From the NCBI GenBank assembly GCA_035291665.1, contig DATDRP010000003.1, positions 20,549 to 84,548 of the forward strand: a stretch of 64,000 bases of DNA. The letters run 5' to 3'. Source of the stretch: Patescibacteria group bacterium. Its GTDB lineage: Bacteria > Patescibacteriota > Microgenomatia > UBA8517. A model generated the notes under the pieces. It saw nothing but the letters and a program-made list of their open reading frames with translations. It searched no databases and was not told the origin of the DNA. A program made the translations under genes and the position numbers. Of this stretch, positions 1-9,000 are shown piece by piece; the first letter of the stretch is position 1; the number at the start of each line of letters is the position of its first letter.

Positions 1-543
1 TATTCGGCATCGGTAGACTTTGACGGAGGCGATGATTACGGCGCAACAAGTAATGCTTCAATAATAGCCTCTAATACTTCCACATATACAAACTTATCAT
101 TCGGCGGTTGGTTCAAGCCAGCAACGTCCCCGACTTCCGACACCTTTATTATGAAAGGTAATGGAAATACGACAAATGAATTCAGACTGACAACGGATGC
201 CAGCGCGTATCCGCAATGTGAGATCTATTACTCTGCTGCCTGGCATGTTATTGCAAAAAAGACAACTGCCCTTGCATCGTCCGCATGGACTCACCTACTT
301 TGTACGTATGACGGTACAAATGGAAGACTGTATATAAATGGTATCCAGGCTGATTATAAGGCTGATACCAATTCTGTTACTTCTTCATCCTCAAGTCCGT
401 TAACTCTTGCATCCGACCCGAATAATGGTTCACGGACAGGTTTCTTTGACGGCCAGATCGACGAGGTTAAGATCTGGAATTACGCTCTGTCGGCTCAACA
501 AGTCAGGACTGATTACAACCGCAACTCAGCCGTTAAGTTCTAA
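1..543 (+). CDS. C-terminal part of a LamG / concanavalin-A-like lectin-fold protein (5' end outside window)
   Basis: Frame 1 is open from nt 1 to the TAA at 541-543. The listed ORF 151..543 is only the portion after an internal Met. The C-terminus 'FFDGQIDEVKIWNYALSAQQVRTDYNR' is the Laminin_G_3-type signature and is paralogous to the C-terminus of the 6088..10860 product. Confidence 0.6.
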   Translation, partial: YSASVDFDGGDDYGATSNASIIASNTSTYTNLSFGGWFKPATSPTSDTFIMKGNGNTTNEFRLTTDASAYPQCEIYYSAAWHVIAKKTTALASSAWTHLLCTYDGTNGRLYINGIQADYKADTNSVTSSSSSPLTLASDPNNGSRTGFFDGQIDEVKIWNYALSAQQVRTDYNRNSAVKF

Positions 544-593
544 CTTTAGTGTCAGATTATCACGGATGGCAAACTGATATACACTGATAAGAT

Positions 594-3500
594 ATGAAAT
601 TTAATATAAAAGATAAAAAGACAGGTTTAATGGTTTCTCTGATCGCAGCGGCTGTAGTTATTCTCGTAATTTCGTTTATTGTGGTAAAGGGACCAAAAAA
701 GAATGAAGAAATTACATTTGAAAATACTGGGAATAAAACACTTGTCATAAACATCGACAAAAACCAATATCTTCCTGGTGAAGAGGTCTATATCCAAATG
801 GCTTCTCTTGACGATCAGGGAAACACTCTTTGCAACAGCAAGCTCGAAATAGTTATAACCAACAACCTACAACCTACCCCCTACAACCTACCCCCTACAA
901 CCTACAACCTGTCTGTATTCCCCTCTACGACCTGTAGTCCTGACAATAACGTTACCAATAGTCCTGATTATTATGCTTATTTCATTCCCAAAGATATTGG
1001 AATTTATAAGATAACACTCAAAAACATTGACACTGGCAACACTGTAAAAACTGAATTTGAAGTGAGAGATAATCCGCCGGATCTGTCCGTCACTCGTTGG
1101 AGTGCAACCCGTATCAATCCTTCCAAATCCAGCCGTTATCCGATGGTGATAACTGTAACAGCAAACGAGGACTTCATAGGTACAATATCCGATACAATTC
1201 CTGAATCATACAGCTTTGCTTGGACAGGACCGGGAAAAGTTGAAGGGAACTCAATCACTTGGGAAGCGAAATTAAAAAAAGGCGAAAAAACCGAACTTAA
1301 ATATGAATACATACCCGAAAAAGTAAGCCCAAAATTATTTACAATCGGCCCGATTATTACCAGTAAACCACAAAACATTACTAACAACTTACAACTTACA
1401 ACCTACAACTCGACATGGTATATCGCATCTGACTCCGTTATAACCAGCAAAACCACCGGTGGTGATTGGAACGTCGGAGGCTCATGGGTTGGTGAAGTTG
1501 CACCTGGGACGGGAGATTCGGCGGTGATTGCTACAACCGGCGCAAGTACCATCGTTTTAACAAGCAGTCCGACTGTTTTGGCATTAACTATTAATAGTGG
1601 TTCTATTCTCACCAATAATTCCACCGCTCAAACTCTCACACTGACCACCACTTCTGTAACACCTCTTACCAACAGTGGAACATTTACACCGAGCACATAT
1701 ATAACAATTGTTGTCAACGGAGCCGCCGCCATAAACCCAGTACTTTCTGGGACTTGGACCGGCAGTAGTTCTTTTTATAACCTGGAATTCAGACCGGCTC
1801 TCGGAACAACAGCCAGAACTTACACGATGGGTACCGCTTTTACGGTTAACGGAAACATGATCCTTTATCCCACCACAAGCTCAGAAAGAGCTCTTACTGT
1901 TACCCTGAGCGGTACATCGACTGTGGTCGGAACAACCACGCTCAACGGTACCGGATGTAATGACGCCGGAGATAGCACTTCCGGCTCTTCAGTTCTTAAT
2001 ACCAACGCGCAAACTTTTTCTTCCGGAAAAATCGATATCAAAGAAAACGCTGAATTTTGTATACTTACAGGAAGCGCTGCTACAATTACCTTAACAGGCA
2101 CTTCCGGGACACTTTTAACTAATCCAAATGCCGGTTCTTTTACACAATCCACTTCTACCATCAATGTTACAAGCACCTCCGGCCCGGTACAGTTATTTTC
2201 AGCTGCTGAAACTATCTATAACCTAACCATCAATTCCTCCTCGGCAACCACTGTTGTCAACTCAGGTGCAACACCGACATTTGCATCCAGCGGTGCTTTG
2301 ACTATTACTTCAGGAGTTTTGAATTTTGATACAGGAGTAACAGGTCCGGGAAACAGTACCCTAACAATCGGAGCTTCTGGAACACTGTGTCTGGGTGGAA
2401 CTGCCGCTGCAACAAACACCAGTGTAACCTGCAATACCGGAGCCACCTCAACTTCTGCGATCCTAATGCCATCTTTTACAACTTACACTTTTGACGCATC
2501 ATCAACTGTTATTTTTCTTTCAGATATTGACCTAACCGCAGCAAATGTAATTTCCCGGATAGCCGGTAATAGCTACGGCAATCTCTATCTTTATCCTACA
2601 TTTGTCACAACATCGCGCGCATATACTTTTGAAACAGGAACTTTAAGTATTGCCGGTAACTTTACGATTAATCCAAACGAATCGGGCGCGGGTTCTCCTG
2701 TTCTAACAGTAAACTTGGGCGGAACAACCACCATTGCAGCTGGAAAAACTACCACAATTACTGCAACAAACAGTGCCGCCTCCAACTTAAACCAAGCCGC
2801 CAATACCAACACACTTTCTTCAGGGAAAATAGATATTGCTACAAAGGGAACACTCACTGCTATTACAACAGGCACTATTACTCTCACCGCCACATCAGGT
2901 ACCCTTTTTACCCGTGATACAAGCGGCTCTCCAGGAACTTTTACACAAGCTTCTTCAACTATTTCTGTAACCTCAGCCTCAGGTCCGGTACAACTGTTCT
3001 CTTCCACTAATACTATATATAGTTTGACAATTAATTCAGCTGCGGCAACTACTGTTGTCAACTCAGGTGCAACACCGACATTTGCATCCGGCGGAGCTCT
3101 GACTGTCACATCAGGAGTTTTGAATTTTGATACAGGAGTGACAGGTCCGGGAAACAGTACTCTTACAATCGGAGCTTCTGGAACGATGTGTCTGGGTGGA
3201 ACTTTGGCTGCAACAAACACCAGTGTAACCTGCAATACCGGAGCAACATCAACAACAGCTATCCCAATGCCATCATTCACAACATATACATTTGATGCAG
3301 CTTCAAAAGTAATTTATCTATCGGATGCAGATCTCACCGCAGGTAACGTAATCTCAAGATTGGCTGGTGGAAGCTACGGCAATCTCTACCTCTATCCAAC
3401 ATTTGTCACAACATCCCGCTCCTACACTCTCGAAACCGGAACTGTCGGCATAGCCGGAGATTTAATTATTAACCCTGATGAATCGGGTGCGGGTTCTCCA

Positions 3501-5537
3501 GTTCTAACAGTAAACTTGGGTGGAACAACCACCATCGCAGCCGGAAAAACTACCACAATTACTGCAACACACAGTGCTTCATCCATACTTGATGTCAATC
3601 CCGGTTCCAGTTATGACTTCTCAACAGGACTCTTGGTAACCGGTACCGGAGGTACATTAGACGCAACCAGTGCTTCCTCAACAATCACATTAACAGGAAC
3701 ATCAGGTACGCTATTTTCAAATAGCGGAACTTTTACAATAACCAGCGGAACTCCGACCGTATCAGTTACCGGAGGGACCGGAACAACCTTAAACTCAGGA
3801 ACGATCACTTTTTATAATTTAACAATCTCACCATCAGGAACAAGTACAATCAATGCTTTTACAGACGATTTAACGGTCACAAATACCTTAAATGTCGCCA
3901 CTGGCGACACATTTTCCCTACCTTCAGGTCAAGATCTGACTCATTCCGGTGCAACTCTGACCTTAGACGGAACAATTTCAGGGTCCGGCAGGTACATTTA
4001 CCAAAGCGCTACTGCTTTTCCGGCAACCGGAGTTATAAGTTCCGTTCTTCGTATGGACTCAACCAACAATGACCAAACTATGTCAGGGACACAAACGTAC
4101 GGAGGTAATGTTGAAATCTATAACAACTCAACTTCTGCCCGAGTCATTACATTAGGTACAGCCGGAAGCCAAACTCTGACTTACAGCGGCGATGTCACTT
4201 TAAATGCGGCAAATAGCGGAAGCGTCAGCTTAACTGCTTCAGCTACCTATAATCCGGCCGTAACAATATCAACCGGAAATCTCGCGGGCACTGCTGGAAA
4301 CGGAACTGAAAATATTACAACCGGGACTGGAACCTGGATCGTGGGTGGAAGCGTTGATCTGACAAATGTCGGAACATTCACGGCTACAGGTGGGACTTTC
4401 CAAATGAACGGTGCGAGTAAAACTTTGACTTCCTCGGGTAAGTCTTTTAACAATTATTCCGTAACGGGCGGATCCGTCCAGTTTGCCGATACAACCGATA
4501 TCGACGCCGATCTTGCTATAACATCAGGAACTTTGGATTTGAACGGACAAACAATTACAATTGGAGGCAGTTTTGATAATGACGCTGCAATGTCCCACAA
4601 CAATGCTTCTGTTACTTTCAATGCCGCATCCGGAGCCAAAACTATCGATGCCGACGGAACGGGGGCCGATGCTTTTTACGATATAACTTTTGACCAGGGA
4701 ACATCTGCTTCATGGCAGATAACCGGAGCGCTTGATGCTGACCATAATTTTACGATTACCGACGGGACTGTTGACGCCAATGCTCTCGCTATCAATGTCG
4801 GAAACAATTGGGCCAACAGTGGAGGAACCTTTACTTCAAATTCAAATGTCGTTACGATGGATGCGCAGGATGCCGGTAATACTTTAACCGGTACAATGAC
4901 GGGGACCTCGTCTTTCTATGATCTGGTTTTCAACGACGGAGGTAGTTCCGGCGCTTGGTCTTTCGCCGCCAATTCTGCAACAATTACTCATGATTTTACT
5001 ATAACAGCTGGAGTTGTTACTGCTCCTTCTACAACTCTCACCATTGGTGAAGATTTCAGGAATAATGAAGCAACAGGGTCTTTTGTTAATAACTCCGGAA
5101 CGGTAACTTTTAATACAACTAACCCATCCTATCTTTTATATGCAGCCACAACCACCTTTTACCATCTTATTATTTCAACAGCAACCAAGCAGGTATATTT
5201 TGAAGATACCGACGGAGTCGTCACCGATATCAATGGCAGTCTTACGATACAAGGAACTGATTGTGATATTAATCGGGTTTTCTTAAACTCGAATCTGGAT
5301 GATGAGGATTGGGAAATTGATGCCACTGATGCGGGTTTCGGCAATGTTGATATAGATTATGCCGACGTTGAAGACTCAACAGCCAACGGAGATCAGATAA
5401 CGGCCAATAATTCGACTGCAGACAATTTGGGAAACACAAATTGGAGTATCGTTGCCGGTGCATGCAATCCGGTGACTCCCAATCAACCGAATGTTCGTGG
5501 TAATCTTAAAATTAAAGGAGGGGTAAGGATTCTCTGA
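594..5537 (+). CDS. Giant (1647 aa) secreted/surface protein with N-terminal signal-anchor and T/S/G-rich parallel beta-helix-like repeats (adhesin-like)
   Basis: Long ORF with an N-terminal hydrophobic helix (LMVSLIAAAVVILVISFIVV). Repetitive 'TLTGTSGTL...VNSGATPTFAS...GVLNFDTGVTGPGNSTLTIGASG' units typical of beta-helix adhesins. Contains an internal 267-aa tandem duplication. Confidence 0.6.
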   Translation: MKFNIKDKKTGLMVSLIAAAVVILVISFIVVKGPKKNEEITFENTGNKTLVINIDKNQYLPGEEVYIQMASLDDQGNTLCNSKLEIVITNNLQPTPYNLPPTTYNLSVFPSTTCSPDNNVTNSPDYYAYFIPKDIGIYKITLKNIDTGNTVKTEFEVRDNPPDLSVTRWSATRINPSKSSRYPMVITVTANEDFIGTISDTIPESYSFAWTGPGKVEGNSITWEAKLKKGEKTELKYEYIPEKVSPKLFTIGPIITSKPQNITNNLQLTTYNSTWYIASDSVITSKTTGGDWNVGGSWVGEVAPGTGDSAVIATTGASTIVLTSSPTVLALTINSGSILTNNSTAQTLTLTTTSVTPLTNSGTFTPSTYITIVVNGAAAINPVLSGTWTGSSSFYNLEFRPALGTTARTYTMGTAFTVNGNMILYPTTSSERALTVTLSGTSTVVGTTTLNGTGCNDAGDSTSGSSVLNTNAQTFSSGKIDIKENAEFCILTGSAATITLTGTSGTLLTNPNAGSFTQSTSTINVTSTSGPVQLFSAAETIYNLTINSSSATTVVNSGATPTFASSGALTITSGVLNFDTGVTGPGNSTLTIGASGTLCLGGTAAATNTSVTCNTGATSTSAILMPSFTTYTFDASSTVIFLSDIDLTAANVISRIAGNSYGNLYLYPTFVTTSRAYTFETGTLSIAGNFTINPNESGAGSPVLTVNLGGTTTIAAGKTTTITATNSAASNLNQAANTNTLSSGKIDIATKGTLTAITTGTITLTATSGTLFTRDTSGSPGTFTQASSTISVTSASGPVQLFSSTNTIYSLTINSAAATTVVNSGATPTFASGGALTVTSGVLNFDTGVTGPGNSTLTIGASGTMCLGGTLAATNTSVTCNTGATSTTAIPMPSFTTYTFDAASKVIYLSDADLTAGNVISRLAGGSYGNLYLYPTFVTTSRSYTLETGTVGIAGDLIINPDESGAGSPVLTVNLGGTTTIAAGKTTTITATHSASSILDVNPGSSYDFSTGLLVTGTGGTLDATSASSTITLTGTSGTLFSNSGTFTITSGTPTVSVTGGTGTTLNSGTITFYNLTISPSGTSTINAFTDDLTVTNTLNVATGDTFSLPSGQDLTHSGATLTLDGTISGSGRYIYQSATAFPATGVISSVLRMDSTNNDQTMSGTQTYGGNVEIYNNSTSARVITLGTAGSQTLTYSGDVTLNAANSGSVSLTASATYNPAVTISTGNLAGTAGNGTENITTGTGTWIVGGSVDLTNVGTFTATGGTFQMNGASKTLTSSGKSFNNYSVTGGSVQFADTTDIDADLAITSGTLDLNGQTITIGGSFDNDAAMSHNNASVTFNAASGAKTIDADGTGADAFYDITFDQGTSASWQITGALDADHNFTITDGTVDANALAINVGNNWANSGGTFTSNSNVVTMDAQDAGNTLTGTMTGTSSFYDLVFNDGGSSGAWSFAANSATITHDFTITAGVVTAPSTTLTIGEDFRNNEATGSFVNNSGTVTFNTTNPSYLLYAATTTFYHLIISTATKQVYFEDTDGVVTDINGSLTIQGTDCDINRVFLNSNLDDEDWEIDATDAGFGNVDIDYADVEDSTANGDQITANNSTADNLGNTNWSIVAGACNPVTPNQPNVRGNLKIKGGVRIL
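2020..3620 (+). repeat. Internal tandem duplication, 2 x 801 bp (~85-90% identical), inside the 594..5537 CDS
   Basis: Copy 1 'ggaaaaatcgatatc' at 2032 and copy 2 'gggaaaatagatatt' at 2833. 'caatcggagcttctggaac' occurs at 2365 and 3166. The period of 801 is a multiple of 3, and substitutions are of all types. Confidence 0.8.
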
Positions 5538-5656
5538 TTTTGTAATAAAATGAAAAATTAATGATAATTCAAAACTTAAAATATGATTTACACAGATAAA
5601 AAGCGGATTAACACGGATAATTATAAATTGACCTAATTACCTAATTGATCTAAATA

Positions 5657-6016
5657 ATGAACCAGGCACCAAGTAAAAACAAATACAACCTGGAGGAAAG
5701 AACAGCCAAGTTCGGTGAGATGATAATCGAACTTTGTAAAAAGATACCTAAAAATGTCATTACTATTCCGATCATTAATCAATTAATCAAGTGTGCAACT
5801 AGTATTGGAGCGAATTACTGTGAAGCTGATGACGCGGAAAGCAAGAAAGATTTCAAACATAAGATCGGTATCTGTAAAAAGGAATCCAGAGAATCCAAAT
5901 TCTTTTTAAGGATGCTGGCAAAAGCAGTTCCTGAATTTAAAGAAGAGATCAAGTCACTCTGGCAAGAAGCAAAAGAAATCAATCTGATATTTAATTCGAT
6001 TTATAAAAAGGTTTAG
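5657..6016 (+). CDS. Four-helix-bundle protein (23S rRNA intervening-sequence protein / Avd-like family)
   Basis: 119 aa. 'SIGANYCEADDAESKKDFKHKIGICKKESRESKFFLRML' matches the family pattern (SIxxNIAEG ... DF ... KE ... E ... YWL). Flanked by short inverted repeats (5628-5650, 6048-6072). Confidence 0.7.
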   Translation: MNQAPSKNKYNLEERTAKFGEMIIELCKKIPKNVITIPIINQLIKCATSIGANYCEADDAESKKDFKHKIGICKKESRESKFFLRMLAKAVPEFKEEIKSLWQEAKEINLIFNSIYKKV

Positions 6017-6047
6017 TCATTGTATATTGGAGTTTGGGGTTTGTTTT

Positions 6048-6072
6048 GAAATTAGGTCAATTAGGTTAATTA
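6048..6072. repeat. 25-bp element AAATTAGGTCAATTAGGTTAATTAG; perfect inverted copy at 14140-14165, related inverted copy at 5628-5650
   Basis: Reverse complement = CTAATTAACCTAATTGACCTAATTT, which is identical to 14140-14164. The 5628-5650 copy 'TTGACCTAATTACCTAATTGATC' shares ACCTAATTGA. Confidence 0.8.
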
Positions 6073-6087
6073 GAAATTCACAAAGGT

Positions 6088-9000
6088 ATGATAAAAAGAA
6101 TATTTAATGGTATAAGAAGAGGACGAAGAACAAGATTAATTCTTGCTGGTTTACTAATTTTCATCGTTCTTCCCTTTGCAATTAATACCCTACTGAATAT
6201 CAATTCTCAAGGAGTACGGGCTGATACATTCCTCAAATTTGATGAAGGGTATGGGACAAGCTCAGCAGTTAACGACAGTAATGGTGCTGTTTCAGCCGGT
6301 TCAATAACGGGCGGCACCTGGAAAACGGAAGATCTTTGTTTTGACGGGAAGTGTCTTTACTTTGACGGTAACGGGGATTTTGTCTCTTTTGCCGATGATG
6401 CTGATCTTGATTTTGCCGGTTCCGATTCCTTCTCCCTCATGGGTTGGTTCAGACATGCTCCTTTTACACCCTCCGTTGATATCGACCACGAAACCGGAGA
6501 CACCAGCCAATATACTTCCCTCACCGACCCCGATAGTGATCTTTCCGTTACCGCCGCAGCTGCCCAAAACGGCACCAATTACGGCCTGGCAGTCCAGATC
6601 GATGACACGACGGCTACTTACGGTAGAAAAGACATTACCGCCAACACCAGCGGAATCGCCAGGTATAGTTTCTATTTCGATATCAATAATTTAACAATGT
6701 CAGAGGCTGGTGATGAATTTACGTTTGCAAATATATACAATAGCGGTGTAAACTCTACTTCCTTTGTAAATGTCAAACGATTTTCCGGAGTTTACACACT
6801 TCGAGCTGCTATAGTAGATGATGCCGGTGCTGCCTCTTACACGAGCTACTACACTATTACAGATGCACCCCATTATGTTGAAGTCGAATTAAAGCGGGCT
6901 TCAACTGTTTCATCCAGTGACGGTACTGTGCAATTATGGATCGACGGGGTTGCCCAAGAAACCAAGACCGGCGTAGACAATTACGACCGGTTTAACGATT
7001 TTTGGTCAGTCCGCCTGGGAGCAGTTAGCAGTATAGACGCCGGTACCTCCGGCACCTTTTATGTTGATGAGCTGGAAATATTCACCGGCACACCGCAGGC
7101 AATTCTCGCTAAATACGAAGCTACCGAAGTTGAAGGTGGCTACAAGGTATATCTTGAAAACAACGGTCGGTTGGACTGCGGGATCGACAATGAAAACACT
7201 TACTTCCCCTCGGATTCTGCCTCTACCAACTCCTCCAACTACGATGACAACCGCTGGCATCACTTCGCCTGTGTCAAAAACGGTACCACTTCCTTAACTT
7301 TGTATTCTGACGGAAACCGGGTCGGATTGGACGATTCCATTACCTCATCCACTCTGGAAAATAACAATCTTTTTTATATCGGAATAGACGGCGACGGCGC
7401 AGCCAATGATTACCAGGGTTTTATTGATGAAGTTAAAATTTATAGAAGTGCCAAAACCGCGACTGAAGTCAAAGGCGATTATGTCAAAGGCTCAACTCTC
7501 GGAGAAACCTCCGCATCATTTCTTAAAGACCAATCCCCTCTTTCCGACGGCCTGGTAGGATATTGGAAAATGGATGAAGCTTCAGGTGATGCCGCTGATT
7601 CATCCGGAAATGGAGTTACCTTAACTAATCAAAGTACCGTTTCATACGTAGGAGGAAAATTCGGAAATAGTATTGATCTTGTTCCCGCTTCGACAGATTA
7701 TTTCTCAACTGCGACAGACATAAACGGCATCCAGTCCATTTCCTTTTGGGTATATCCCGATGATGTAACGGCCAATTACTTTATCAGTTATTCCGACACA
7801 GTCTATATCAGCGTTTCCTCCGGAACATTAGCCGCCAACGGCTTTACCGGCACTTTTTATGTCAATGGTAAAGCTTCTACTACTCTGGCTGTCTCAACCT
7901 GGCAATTAGTTACTGTCACATTCGCTTCTATAAATGCCGCAGATACGTACGTTGGTCGTGTAGGTACTACTGCAAATTATATGGATGGAAGAATCGATGA
8001 AGTCCGCTTCTATACCCGGGCACTCTCCCCCGGTGAAATCACCAATCTATACAATTGGGCTCCGGGACCTATAGCTGAATTGAAATTTGATGAAGGAACG
8101 GGAGAAACTCTCTATGATTCTTCGGGCAATGGTTATTCTGCAAGCGCCATAAACGGAAATACCTGGGTCCAGGGAAAATACAGCAAAGGTATATGGTTTG
8201 ACGGATCTGCCGATTATATAAACGTTTCAACCGGTTTTGGAACATTTTCTCCATCCGGAGCTACTTCCATCTCTGCCTGGGTAAATTCAGAGGTTACCGA
8301 TTCTGCAAGACATATGATCTTATCTCTTACCGGTACTAATACCATTTTTGTAATGAATATCGAAGAAAACAATAACCGCTGGCTTGCCCAATCTGGAAAA
8401 GCCGGGGTTGGCGGTGATGATTGCAGTGGTACCGATGTAATCACCAATGGAACTTGGTATCACGTAACCGGTGTTTTTGCAGACAATAAGATCAAGCTTT
8501 ATGTCAATGGAAGTTTGGTAAACACCTGCGATTATAATTTCTCTCTATCTGCTTCAGACAGCACTAATACCTGGCATATCGGCAATTACGAAGAAAACAG
8601 CAGTCTCTATTACTACTGGAAAGGTATCATCGACAATCCTAAAGTTTATAACTACGCCCGGACGCAAGCGCAAATCATCGAAGACATGAATGCCGGCCAT
8701 CCGGCACCGGGATCCCCGATAGGTTCTTCTGTTGCCCACTGGAAGTTTGATGAGGGCGGATTGGATATGTGCTCAGGACTGACCAACGATTTCTGCGATT
8801 CATCCCTCAACGCAAATGATCTGGCATTTTCTACCACCACCGGTGGATTTACCAATTCCGGTAAATTCGGCAGAGCCTTTAACGGTGACGGGGCAGTCTG
8901 GGCTTCCCGAGCCGATGACTCTGACTTTGACGTTGGTACCGACAGTTTTACCATTTCCTTTTGGATGAAATCCGATAATTCCGGAGGCAGTGGCACCCAA

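Noticed and set aside
151-543. Treating 151..543 as a complete 130-aa gene.
   Set aside because: The reading frame is open back to nucleotide 1. The product is the C-terminus of a larger LamG-domain protein truncated by the window edge.
2591-3280. Long antisense ORFs inside the giant genes, e.g. 2591..3280(-), 1865..2176(-), 8652..9029(-), 38746..39264(-).
   Set aside because: They lie entirely within, and antisense to, much longer and well-supported reading frames. Their V/P/A-rich composition is the mirror of the T/G/S-rich sense strand.
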